From: Cytophagales bacterium
GTDB lineage: Bacteria; Bacteroidota; Bacteroidia; Cytophagales; UBA9547
Length of the DNA stretch: 47,450 bases
NCBI GenBank assembly: GCA_046152935.1
Contig: JBJXGB010000133.1
Coordinates: 1 to 47,450 of the forward strand
Direction: 5' to 3'
Positions 1-9,026 of the stretch are shown one piece after another (position 1 is the first letter of the stretch; each line of letters starts with the position of its first letter). Under the pieces are notes generated by a model, which was not told the origin of the DNA, did not search any database, and saw only the letters and a program-made list of their open reading frames with translations. Made by a program: the position numbers and the translations under genes.

Positions 1-448
1 TACAAATATAGATGGTGAATTGCACTTTTCAAAGCATTTGGCTTTTAAGCACAAAAATACCCACATTTTTGTATCGCATTAATTTACATTGCTTTATACT
101 AAAGTAGTGCCACAAAGTGAGTGTAAGAGACAATAATTTTAGACGAGTATAGGTTTTGGTTCGACCAACGGTCTGGTTTAAGTGTCGCAGGCATGGCTTG
201 AGATATGATTATGTGTATAAAAAGATGTGATTATCATCGAGAAAATAAATTTGTAGGAATCGTGATTTGCAGGATTTTGGGATGAATGGGATTGATGAAG
301 TTTACTGCTCGTTGGTGAAAACAAACACGTATTGGAAAAAGATTTTTCTACACTTCCCGAAAGTTTTATACTTTCGGGAAGGTGAGGATCAAATTGCCCT
401 AGTAAAACAAGGGCAATTCATAACAAAACTTTTCATTAAGTTCATACA

Positions 449-712
449 ATGGACAAAGAGACCAAAGATAGAATAGCTGATTATCACAAGGAAGAATTGA
501 AATCCAGATACGAATACCTTAGAATTGCTATTTTTTTCTTAGCAACCATTGGTTCGGGGGTGCTTGCCTTGGCTTTTAAACAAAATCTAAATAACACTGA
601 AGCATTTGGTGCAATTATTGGTATTGTTTTTGTGATGTTCATTATCATTTACGTAATTTGGCTTGCAAAGGAAATTAGAATTCACTTAAACGCTTTAAAA
701 GCACTTCAATAA
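449..712 (+). CDS. small two-TM membrane protein, unknown function
   Basis: 87-aa ATG ORF with a charged N-terminus and two hydrophobic stretches (IAIFFLATIGSGVLALAF; AFGAIIGIVFVMFIIIYVIWLA). Confidence 0.6.
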   Translation: MDKETKDRIADYHKEELKSRYEYLRIAIFFLATIGSGVLALAFKQNLNNTEAFGAIIGIVFVMFIIIYVIWLAKEIRIHLNALKALQ

Positions 713-807
713 TGTTAGGAATGATAATAATATCGATAATGGGCATTGGATTAATTACCATGTTGGGGTTTATGATGTATTATTCTAGGCCACTAGAAAC
801 AAAATAG
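712..807 (+). CDS. 31-aa single-TM peptide (MLGMIIISIMGIGLITMLGFMMYYSRPLETK), below the ORF-track cutoff
   Basis: ATG overlaps the upstream stop as TAATG (710-714); hydrophobic core; TAG at 805-807. Confidence 0.4.
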   Translation: MLGMIIISIMGIGLITMLGFMMYYSRPLETK

Positions 808-924
808 GCTTTTTTATCGGGATTTATTCACCAGCGATATTCCCTTTGTTGAAACCGTAGGCATTTAAAATTGTAAACAAAACATTTTTTTCATTCCCCA
901 AATCTCTTTTGCCTTATTTGGTTG

Positions 925-932
925 TATTTTTG
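925..932 (+). promoter_or_regulatory. Bacteroidota -7 promoter element (TATTTTTG) upstream of uvrA
   Basis: Matches TAnnTTTG about 20 nt before the TTG start. Confidence 0.4.
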
Positions 933-952
933 CGTTTTAACGCCTTTCATCA

Positions 953-3778
953 TTGGGAAACGAACAAGAATTTATAGAAGTATACGGTGCCAGAGAGAAT
1001 AATCTCAAAAATATCGACATCAAAATCCCAAGAAATAAGCTCGTTGTCATTACTGGTGTGAGCGGAAGCGGCAAATCATCGCTGGCGTTCGACACCATTT
1101 ATGCAGAAGGCCAAAGGCGATATATGGAAAGCTTTTCGGCTTACGCCCGGTCTTTCATTGGCAATATGGAAAGACCCGATGTTGATAAAATTGAAGGTCT
1201 GAGCCCCGTAATCTCCATCGAACAGAAAACAACAGGCCGAAATCCACGCTCGACTGTAGGCACAGTGACTGAAATATACGATTTTTTACGCTTGTTTTAT
1301 GCCCGTGCAGGCGAGGCCTTTTCTTATCTGACGGGCAATAAAATGGAACGCCAAACAGAAGATCAGATCATTAATCACATTATTTCTAATTTTACAGGTG
1401 AAAAAATAACGCTTTTGGCACCCATTGTAAAAGGAAGAAAAGGCCATTACCGCGAAGATTTTCAAAAAATACGAAAAATGGGCTTCACTAAAGCCCGCGT
1501 AGATGGTGAAATAGTAGAGATTGAGGCTAAAATGGAGCTCGACCGCTATAAAATCCATGATATTGAGGTGGTGGTAGATCGCATTGTGCCCAAAGAAGAA
1601 GACAGATACAGGATTACACAATCAGTCAAAACTTGCCTAAACATGGGAAAAGGGGTGATGATGACGATTGCAGAAACGCCAGCAATCGTTATCTCTCATT
1701 TTTCCAAATATTTGATGGATCCAGAAACGGGCTTGGCTTATGATGAACCAGCGCCCAATATGTTTTCGTTTAACTCGCCTTATGGCTGGTGTTTGACGTG
1801 CGAAGGCTTGGGCGTGATTCAAAACATCTCTGAAAATACCGTTATTCCCAATAAAGACTTAAGTATAAGCCGTGGCGGCATATTGCCTTTAGGTGAATAC
1901 CGCGATGTGTGGATTTTTAATATCATCGATTCGATACTAAAATCTAAAAAACAATCGATAGCTACGGCCATCAAAGATTTGCCTAAAGAGGTGATGGACA
2001 TTATTTTGTTTGGCTCGGATGAAATATTCAAAGTAAAAAGTAAAACGTACGAAAACGAAAGCTGGAACAGCAAGTTTGAAGGCATTATCCATTGGTTGAA
2101 AAGACAGCAGATTGAAGGCTCGGATAAAATACAAGACTGGCTTCGTGATTTTGCCAAAGAAGAGCAATGCCCTGATTGCCATGGCCATCGGTTGAAAAAA
2201 GAGTCGTTGCATTTCAAGATCGACAAAAAAAATATATCGGAGATAGCTCATTTAAACATCAGACAATTAAATACTTGGTTTGAAGGCTTGGAAAATCGCT
2301 TGACCGCAAAGCAAAACGCCATCGGCACTGAAATATTAAAGGAACTAAGGAAAAGAATTGGCTTTCTGCTCGATGTTGGCCTTGATTATTTGACATTAAA
2401 TCGGCCTATTCGTACACTTTCCGGTGGGGAATCGCAAAGGATACGCTTAGCAACCCAAGTGGGTACGCAATTGGTAGGTGTACTCTATATATTAGACGAA
2501 CCCAGCATTGGCTTGCATCAAAGGGATAATGAAAAATTGATAAACTCGCTTAAAAATCTGCGCGATCTGGGCAATTCGGTGATAGTAGTAGAGCATGACA
2601 AAGATATGATGTTGGCGGCCGATTATTTAATAGATGTTGGGCCTGGGGCTGGTAGGCATGGTGGAACGATTGTGGGTGCGGGCGAACCAGCTGCATTTCT
2701 CAAAAACAATTCAAGAACGGCTCAATATCTATCAAACCAAATAAAAATAAATATTCCTGCCCGCAAGATGGGCAAGGAACAAAAATACCTTTCATTGAAG
2801 GGAGCTAAGGGCAATAACCTCAAAAATGTGACGCTCAATATCCCTTTGGGAAAAATGGTGTGCGTAACGGGCGTATCGGGCAGTGGCAAATCGACCTTGA
2901 TACACGACACATTATTCCCCATATTAAACAAATATTTTTTCAATGCAAAAGCCGAGCCTTTGGTACACGATGGCTTGGACGGATTGGAGCATATCGACAA
3001 AGTAATCGAAATCGATCAATCGCCTATTGGCCGCACACCACGCTCAAACCCAGCTACTTACACGGGCACATTCACAGATATTCGCAATTTATTTTCGCAA
3101 ATGAACGAATCGAAAATACGTGGCTACAGCACAGGCAGGTTTTCATTCAACGTAAAAGGAGGCAGGTGCGAAACTTGCGAAGGCGCTGGCATTCGCAAAA
3201 TTGAAATGGAATTTCTGCCCGATGTGTATGTGCAATGCGAGACTTGCAAAGGCAAACGCTACAATAGAGAGACACTTGAAATTAGGTTTAAAGGCAAATC
3301 GATAGCTGATGTGCTGGATATGACGGTGGAACAAGCGGCCGAATTCTTTGAAAACCAACCTAAAATAGGCAGGTATGTGCGTACGTTGAACGATGTAGGC
3401 CTTGGTTATATTACTTTAGGCCAACACGCTACTACGCTTTCGGGTGGCGAAGCCCAAAGGGTGAAACTGGCTACTGAGCTAGCCAAAAAAGACACAGGCA
3501 AGACATTATACATACTGGATGAGCCCACCACAGGCTTGCATTTTCAAGATATTATGCATTTAATGGATGTTTTGAACAAATTGGTAGAAAAAGGCAATAC
3601 AGTGTTGATAATTGAGCACAATATGGATGTGATAAAATCGGCAGATTGGGTGATAGATATTGGGCCAGAAAGTGGCGATAAAGGGGGCGAAATAGTGGTG
3701 GAAGGCACGCCAGCAACGGTAGCTAAAAACACCAAAAGCCACACAGGCAGGTTTATAAAGATGGAGTTGGAGGGATAA
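953..3778 (+). CDS. uvrA: excinuclease ABC subunit A
   Basis: Two ABC ATPase domains (GVSGSGKSS/T, LSGGE, LDEP) and CxxC zinc fingers; N-terminus IEVYGARENNLKNIDI typical of UvrA; TTG start. Confidence 0.98.
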   Translation: MGNEQEFIEVYGARENNLKNIDIKIPRNKLVVITGVSGSGKSSLAFDTIYAEGQRRYMESFSAYARSFIGNMERPDVDKIEGLSPVISIEQKTTGRNPRSTVGTVTEIYDFLRLFYARAGEAFSYLTGNKMERQTEDQIINHIISNFTGEKITLLAPIVKGRKGHYREDFQKIRKMGFTKARVDGEIVEIEAKMELDRYKIHDIEVVVDRIVPKEEDRYRITQSVKTCLNMGKGVMMTIAETPAIVISHFSKYLMDPETGLAYDEPAPNMFSFNSPYGWCLTCEGLGVIQNISENTVIPNKDLSISRGGILPLGEYRDVWIFNIIDSILKSKKQSIATAIKDLPKEVMDIILFGSDEIFKVKSKTYENESWNSKFEGIIHWLKRQQIEGSDKIQDWLRDFAKEEQCPDCHGHRLKKESLHFKIDKKNISEIAHLNIRQLNTWFEGLENRLTAKQNAIGTEILKELRKRIGFLLDVGLDYLTLNRPIRTLSGGESQRIRLATQVGTQLVGVLYILDEPSIGLHQRDNEKLINSLKNLRDLGNSVIVVEHDKDMMLAADYLIDVGPGAGRHGGTIVGAGEPAAFLKNNSRTAQYLSNQIKINIPARKMGKEQKYLSLKGAKGNNLKNVTLNIPLGKMVCVTGVSGSGKSTLIHDTLFPILNKYFFNAKAEPLVHDGLDGLEHIDKVIEIDQSPIGRTPRSNPATYTGTFTDIRNLFSQMNESKIRGYSTGRFSFNVKGGRCETCEGAGIRKIEMEFLPDVYVQCETCKGKRYNRETLEIRFKGKSIADVLDMTVEQAAEFFENQPKIGRYVRTLNDVGLGYITLGQHATTLSGGEAQRVKLATELAKKDTGKTLYILDEPTTGLHFQDIMHLMDVLNKLVEKGNTVLIIEHNMDVIKSADWVIDIGPESGDKGGEIVVEGTPATVAKNTKSHTGRFIKMELEG

Positions 3779-3853
3779 AAGGTGCTTCTAGGCAGATCCT
3801 TTTGTGTTGGGGGATAAAAAAAAAGCGAATCGCCTGCCCGCTGCAGCATTTTA

Positions 3854-3907
3854 CCCAGATGAGGCTCAGCCAGGCTGCCTTGCATTCAGTTCTGCCCAGA
3901 TGAGGCT
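3854..3907. repeat. 13-bp direct repeat CCCAGATGAGGCT, two copies (3854-3866, 3895-3907)
   Basis: Read directly in a GC-rich intergenic patch downstream of uvrA. Confidence 0.6.
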
Positions 3908-4031
3908 TTTTATCGATAGTATTCGATTCCCGCTGCACAAGCCTATACCTATCTTGGTGTTACATGAAATTTTTGTGAAAAATCGAACACGGACAACCCT
4001 AACAATTATTCGGATTTGTTCCATAATTAGT

Positions 4032-4039
4032 TAACTTTG
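4032..4039 (+). promoter_or_regulatory. -7 promoter element (TAACTTTG) upstream of the TA pair
   Basis: TAnnTTTG match 16 nt before the GTG start. Confidence 0.45.
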
Positions 4040-4055
4040 TGTTTGAATTTTAGTT

Positions 4056-4427
4056 GTGGAAAAAGTGAGACAAGTTATATTCTTTAAAAATTACTTTATC
4101 GATTTCTTCAAAGAACAAACCGATAAAGTCAAAGATAAAATTGACCATGTTTTGTTTGTTTTGTCCGTGACTGAAAGAGTGCCTAAGAAGTTTTTGGAAC
4201 ATATAACTGGAACCGATGGACTCTATGAAATTCGAGTTGAGCTCAATAGCAATATATACAGATTATTTTGTTGTTTTGACGAAGGCAAAATTGTAGTTGT
4301 TTTCAACGGATTTCAGAAAAAGACACAAAAAACTCCACAAGCTGAGATAGATAAGGCGCTCAAGATTAAGAATGAATACTTTAAAGAGAAACTAGAAAAT
4401 GAAAATAGAAAACGAAAATCTAAGTAG
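4056..4427 (+). CDS. type II toxin, RelE/ParE/HigB (Gp49-like) family
   Basis: GLYEIRV...YRLFCCFDEGKIVVVFNGFQKKTQKTP motif; lies upstream of and overlaps an HTH gene. Confidence 0.85.
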   Translation: MEKVRQVIFFKNYFIDFFKEQTDKVKDKIDHVLFVLSVTERVPKKFLEHITGTDGLYEIRVELNSNIYRLFCCFDEGKIVVVFNGFQKKTQKTPQAEIDKALKIKNEYFKEKLENENRKRKSK

Positions 4428-4710
4428 TGTTACTACATTTGAAGAACATTTGGATGTTAGATATGGAGAAATTGGCTCAAAAAAGAGGACAGATTTTGAG
4501 ATTAAAGCTAAAGCTTTTGCCATAGGAGAAGTTATAAAAGAAGAGAGGCGATTGACTTCAATGACTCAAGAACAATTGGCCGAAAAAACTGGGACAAAGA
4601 AAAGCTTCATTTCTAGAATTGAAAATGGACATAGTGATATTCAATTATCTACTTTGTATAAATTGTTTGAAATAGGACTTGGGAGAAAAATAACATTAAC
4701 CATTCAATAA
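4399..4710 (+). CDS. XRE-family HTH antitoxin (HigA-like)
   Basis: MTQEQLAEKTGTKKSFISRIENG HTH; overlaps the toxin gene by 29 nt. Confidence 0.85.
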   Translation: MKIENENLSSVTTFEEHLDVRYGEIGSKKRTDFEIKAKAFAIGEVIKEERRLTSMTQEQLAEKTGTKKSFISRIENGHSDIQLSTLYKLFEIGLGRKITLTIQ

Positions 4711-4831
4711 AAAAATTTCATGTAACATGGTATTTATGAAAGAATGGGGCAGATTGGTAGGTCGTAGTTTTTCACTCCTGCTTAGTTTGTCTCGTGGAAT
4801 AGTTTCGTAGCCCTGTCTCCCATTCCTGCGC

Positions 4832-4857
4832 CTTCGCTCGCCTCTGGCGAGCGTAAG
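4832..4857. repeat. REP-like palindromic hairpin, copy 1
   Basis: CTTCGCTCGCC-TCT-GGCGAGCGTAAG; shares an identical 18-nt core with copy 2. Confidence 0.65.
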
Positions 4858-4925
4858 CTATCTCGTAGCCTCTGGCTTTTCTATCAAATTAATTTATAAT
4901 TTTGAAATATGAGCGAATACTGTGG

Positions 4926-4950
4926 CTTCGCTCGCCTCTGGCGGGCGAAG
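4926..4950. repeat. REP-like palindromic hairpin, copy 2
   Basis: CTTCGCTCGCC-TCT-GGCGGGCGAAG; 11-bp stem with one G-T pair. Confidence 0.65.
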
Positions 4951-5037
4951 GCAGATTTTGAAAGAAAATAAGGAAGAACAAAATAGTAATTTCATGGAAA
5001 TGATTTGGCTAAATTGCAACCAATACCACTGTAAAAT

Positions 5038-5628
5038 ATGGGCGTCACAAAACTTTCTGACCTTGATCTGAACAAAACCTATACAGTTTTAGACTATCTA
5101 TCTTGGCAATTTGATGATATGATTGAGCTTATTAAAGGCAAAATATATCAGATGTCGCCTGCCCCTAGAAGCCAACACCAATGGATTTCTCAAAATTTAT
5201 CGTTTGAAATTGAACAAATCAAAAGAAAAAAAAGAAAGTGCAGGATATTTGTAGCCCCGTTTGATGTGTATTTGCAAGGTATTTCCGAAGGGGAAAGTAC
5301 GGTAGTACAGCCAGATATTTGCATCATTTGCGACAGAAATAAAATAGTAGATCGAGGTTGCAGTGGTGCACCTGATTTAATAATTGAAATATTGAGCCCA
5401 GCTACACTCACAAAAGATGTAAATATAAAGTACCACCTTTATGAAGAAAATGGCGTGCTTGAATATTGGATTGTAGACACTAAAGAAAGACAAATAATTA
5501 CCCATTATCTCGACCCAGCAACCAAAAAATATATTGAAACTGGCAACTACTCAGCAGATTCGCAAATAAAAATAGGGATTTGGGAAGGCGAATTTCTGAA
5601 TTGGAGCGATGTATTTGATGAAATGTAG
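5038..5628 (+). CDS. Uma2-family (DUF820) endonuclease
   Basis: MSPAP..H, VQPDI, GAPDLIIEILSP, YEENGVLEYWIVD motifs. Confidence 0.9.
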   Translation: MGVTKLSDLDLNKTYTVLDYLSWQFDDMIELIKGKIYQMSPAPRSQHQWISQNLSFEIEQIKRKKRKCRIFVAPFDVYLQGISEGESTVVQPDICIICDRNKIVDRGCSGAPDLIIEILSPATLTKDVNIKYHLYEENGVLEYWIVDTKERQIITHYLDPATKKYIETGNYSADSQIKIGIWEGEFLNWSDVFDEM

Positions 5629-5874
5629 AGGTTCAACTTTCATTATTTGGCATTTTACCAAGCTTTTCTATTTTTTTTGAGATTATCACCATCAAATTGA
5701 GCCTATTTACTAGTTAGGAATTTACTTTCCTGCTGCTTTCGTATATTTTTTGAGAATTCTGCCTCATAAAAGTTTGATCCAAAGCCATTTTTCTATCAAA
5801 ACATTGCCCAAATTGTACAAACCACATTTTACTAAGCACCTTTAACTGTAATTTTTAACCCCATCGCCTAGCCG

Positions 5875-5882
5875 TAGTTTTG
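5875..5882 (+). promoter_or_regulatory. -7 promoter element (TAGTTTTG) upstream of the secreted nuclease
   Basis: TAnnTTTG match about 40 nt before the ATG. Confidence 0.4.
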
Positions 5883-5921
5883 TGACATAAATATTATCCA
5901 CAAATTAAAAATCACAAACAA

Positions 5922-7889
5922 ATGAAATCATTATTTACCAAAATGTATGCTTTTGTTCTTGCCTTGGCAATAGCAGGAACAGTATGTGCACAAATCACTC
6001 CTCCAGCCGGCCTTACTGGGCAGGCTCTTCGTGATTGGTTTAAACAAAATTATTACAATGGCAAACACCAACAACTTGGCTACACCAATGCCCGTGTAAA
6101 AATGTACAACTTTATCGATAACCAAAACAACTCTCTAAAGTGTGTGTACAGCGGCTTGGTTGTTAGCTGGACTTATGGCGGAACTGGCTCGAATCCTGCT
6201 CCTTTGAATTGTGAGCATACCATTCCGCAAAGTTTTTTTGCAGAAGGCGAACCCATGAAATCTGATATTCACCATTTGTTTCCTACGTATGCCAATTGGA
6301 ATTCTACCCGTTCCAACCATCCGTTTAAAGATATTGCAGATGCCAGCACAGAGAAATGGATGCGTAGCACTACCACGCAGACAACTATTCCAACTTCTAC
6401 CATCAATGAATGGAGCGAATATGCGAATTCTTCTTTCGAGCCACGTGAAGACCATAAGGGAAATGTAGCACGATCTATATTCTATTTTTATAATATGTAT
6501 CCAACCCAAGCAGGGCCAATGAGCAAAGTGGGCGACATCAATATGTTTTACCAATGGCATTTGGCCGACCCAGTAGATGCGGCTGAAATAGCGAGAAACA
6601 ACAAAGTAGAGCAGTACCAAGGCGATAGAAACCCGTACATCGATTTCCCACAGTTGGTAGATGAAGCTTGGGGTCTTTCTGGAGGCACTACTCCTCCACC
6701 TGTGGTGACCGTACCAAGCACAATTTCTTATTGCACTGCCAAAGGAAATAGTGTAGCTGATGAATGGATTGCAAGTGTTGCGATTGGATCTTTTACCAAA
6801 ACATCTGGCACTAATGGTGGATATGCAGATTTTACTGCCAATACAGTTACTTTAGCACAAGGAAGTTCAAACGCCCTGACATTAACGCCTGGCTACACTG
6901 GTTCGGCTTATCCAGAGTATTTTAGAATTTGGATAGATTTGAATAAAGATAAAGATTTTAGCGATGCAGGAGAACTTGTTTTTGATGGTGGCTCAGCAGC
7001 AAATGGCGTTAAAACTGGCACTTTGGCAATTTCAGCTTCCGCTTCTACTGGAACTACCCGCATGAGAGTGGCCATGAGATATAATGCAGCTCCTGTAAAT
7101 TGCGAGGCTTTCGATTATGGCGAGATAGAAGATTATACAGTAAATATTACCACTGGTAGCACTACGCCTCCGCCTGTAGTTGTACCACCAACTGTTACTT
7201 ACTGTGCTTCAAAAGGCAATAGTGTGGCCGATGAGTGGATAAACAAGGTGACTTTAGGCACGATCAACAATACATCTGGTGCAAATGCTGGGTACAAAGA
7301 TTACTCAAACTTATCTACCAATTTAACAAAAGGCGTTTCTAGTACAATAACGATTTTCCCTGCTTGGTCGGGATCGGTGTATAGCGAAGGCTATGCCGTG
7401 TGGATAGATTTCAATAAAGATGGAGACTTTACAGATGCAGGAGAACAAGTATTTTCAAAAGCACCTGCAGCGGCTACCAGCGCAAGTGGCTCGTTCACAG
7501 TGCCGTCTGCTGCTACAAATGGTACAACCAGAATGCGCGTGGCGATGAAATACAATGGTATTCCTACTGCTTGTGAAGCATTTGGCTATGGCGAAGTAGA
7601 AGATTACACCGTCAATATTACAAGTGCCGCAAGAATCGGTATCGAAGAAAGTGTAGAAGCAAGCTTCGAAGTATTTCCCAACCCAGCAAGCAGCATTTTG
7701 ACTATCAGAGGCAATGCAGGATCGGAAATGAAGGTAAAAATGTATGCAATCAATGGTGCTGAGTTGGTAAATACCATTGCAAATGATGAATACAAATTGA
7801 ATGTTGAAAATTTTGAAGCTGGTTTGTATATGCTGTTGCTAGAGTCTGAAGGCATATCGAGAAGAGAAAAACTGATAATTGTAAAATAA
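5922..7889 (+). CDS. T9SS-secreted endonuclease I family protein with two GEVED domains
   Basis: Signal peptide; LNCEHTIPQS, DIHHLFP, FEPREDHKGNVAR and QGDRNPYID motifs; GEIEDY and GEVEDY repeats; C-terminal VFPNPAS...KLII sorting domain. Confidence 0.9.
   Translation: MKSLFTKMYAFVLALAIAGTVCAQITPPAGLTGQALRDWFKQNYYNGKHQQLGYTNARVKMYNFIDNQNNSLKCVYSGLVVSWTYGGTGSNPAPLNCEHTIPQSFFAEGEPMKSDIHHLFPTYANWNSTRSNHPFKDIADASTEKWMRSTTTQTTIPTSTINEWSEYANSSFEPREDHKGNVARSIFYFYNMYPTQAGPMSKVGDINMFYQWHLADPVDAAEIARNNKVEQYQGDRNPYIDFPQLVDEAWGLSGGTTPPPVVTVPSTISYCTAKGNSVADEWIASVAIGSFTKTSGTNGGYADFTANTVTLAQGSSNALTLTPGYTGSAYPEYFRIWIDLNKDKDFSDAGELVFDGGSAANGVKTGTLAISASASTGTTRMRVAMRYNAAPVNCEAFDYGEIEDYTVNITTGSTTPPPVVVPPTVTYCASKGNSVADEWINKVTLGTINNTSGANAGYKDYSNLSTNLTKGVSSTITIFPAWSGSVYSEGYAVWIDFNKDGDFTDAGEQVFSKAPAAATSASGSFTVPSAATNGTTRMRVAMKYNGIPTACEAFGYGEVEDYTVNITSAARIGIEESVEASFEVFPNPASSILTIRGNAGSEMKVKMYAINGAELVNTIANDEYKLNVENFEAGLYMLLLESEGISRREKLIIVK
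6729..7622 (+). repeat. intragenic tandem duplication of a GEVED-domain module (6729-7151 and 7200-7622)
   Basis: Both copies run YC.(A/S)KGNSVADEWI...EDYTVNIT, offset by 471 nt, each preceded by a TTPPPVVV linker. Confidence 0.85.
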
Positions 7890-7930
7890 TAAAATTAATA
7901 CAGTTAGAAAATCTCCTTAACTTAAAGCGA

Positions 7931-7972
7931 CAAAGCCCGAGCAAAATTTCTGCTCGGGCTTTGTGTTTTTTT
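7931..7972 (+). terminator. intrinsic terminator
   Basis: CAAAGCCCGAGCA / TGCTCGGGCTTTG perfect stem followed by a T-run. Confidence 0.85.
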
Positions 7973-8081
7973 AGTTTAGCATCAACACTTTAAATACAAA
8001 CCTTGTTGGATTTTGTCAGTATCAAAAAGGTGATATTTAATTGGAAATCTATTTTAAACAGCGTGAGAAAAAGCCCTGCAT

Positions 8082-8166
8082 CTCAAAAAACAAATGGCTC
8101 TGGAGAAAAACACAAAATAAATACCAACAGCATTACCCAACCCAAAACTTTTCTACCTAGGCTCAA
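8082..8166. repeat. 85-bp direct repeat copy A: orphan duplicate of the 3' end of the M50 protease gene
   Basis: 83/85 identical to 9027-9111; minus strand encodes LSLGRKVLGWVMLLVFILCFSPEPFVF*; in-frame TAA upstream at 8212-8214. Confidence 0.9.
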
Positions 8167-8232
8167 AAGGTTATTTTTATTAAGTTGCTGGCTGCTAGAT
8201 TTTTTGTAAATTTACTACCTAAATATGATGCA

Positions 8233-8478
8233 ATGGAAAATCCATACGTGGCCCTGGAAGAGCTTAAAAAGTTATATCCAAATGAATGGATTCTATTAGG
8301 CGATCCTCAAATGGTAAATACATCTGTGTTAGGAGGCAAAGTTTTATATCATAGCAAAGATAAAAAAGAGGTTTGCTACATAGGACGAGATAAAACTACG
8401 CCATTTTCAACCGTTACCATCACTTTTGCAGGAGATTTGAAGCAACATCGTAAAATCGGAATTTTGAAAAGAATATGA
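8233..8478 (+). CDS. small protein, DUF5678-like
   Basis: 81 aa from ATG 8233; ELKKLYPNEWILL motif resembles small proteins that precede retropepsin genes; overlaps the next gene (ATGA). Confidence 0.65.
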   Translation: MENPYVALEELKKLYPNEWILLGDPQMVNTSVLGGKVLYHSKDKKEVCYIGRDKTTPFSTVTITFAGDLKQHRKIGILKRI

Positions 8479-8870
8479 AAGTCTTCAAATTCGAACTTGC
8501 ACGCAAAGACGATGTAATTTTAGTAAATGCTACCATCGAAGGCAAATACAAACTTAGGCTTGCTGTCGATACAGCCGCTACTCATTCTACAATTGATAGC
8601 AACGTGCTTTATTTTTCAGGCTATGAATTAAAAAATAGCAAAGGTGAAGTAGAAATTGAAACTGCAAGTGGGATAATTGTGGTGGAAATCTACGAAATTA
8701 AGGAGTTTGAATGCTTGGGGGCTGTAAAAACAAATTTCGAAGTGCAGGTTTACGATTTTTTAGCCCATGGTGTTACCTCCGACTAGGATGGTGTCATAGG
8801 GTTAGATTTTCTAAGAAATTATAAATTTTGTGTTGACAGTAACAGACAAGAAATTAGCGTAGAGATTTGA
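8475..8870 (+). pseudogene. retropepsin-like (clan AA) aspartic protease interrupted by an in-frame TAG at 8784-8786
   Basis: LAVDTAATHS catalytic-type motif; the frame continues past the TAG as DGVIGLDFLRNYKFCVDSNRQEISVEI*, the second conserved retropepsin motif. Confidence 0.8.
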
Positions 8871-9026
8871 TTACCTATAGTCCTTCTCACTGGAAAAAGA
8901 GCCTGCACCGCCAAAACTGGAATTTAGCATGAGGTATCTTAAGTGTCTGAACGGAACAAGATAGACTTCCAATAATTGATCCATTAAAATATAGTAGCTA
9001 ACTCGAACAGAAATTGAGCCAAGAAC

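Noticed and set aside
164-316. ACCAACG...CGTTGGT inverted 7-mer resembling attC core sites
   Set aside because: The arms show no further complementarity, the span exceeds typical attC length, the cores deviate from RYYYAAC/GTTRRRY, and there is no integrase
267-476. 69-aa ORF from the track
   Set aside because: TTG start, no recognisable motif, and it overlaps the better ORF at 449
3753-4034. ORFs 3804-4034 (+) and 3753-3938 (-), and a possible SRP/riboswitch RNA in this GC-rich patch
   Set aside because: No protein motifs; conserved SRP, TPP or other riboswitch signatures were not found
8003-8209. 68-aa plus-strand ORF
   Set aside because: It is the antisense reading of the duplicated M50 3' end
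8185-8232. Extended TTG start for the DUF5678-like gene
   Set aside because: ATG 8233 behind an A-rich leader is more plausible; the extension has no motif
8873-8990. About 37-aa minus-strand ORF (MDQLLEVYLVPF...) inside the islet
   Set aside because: Short, with no motif or supporting signal
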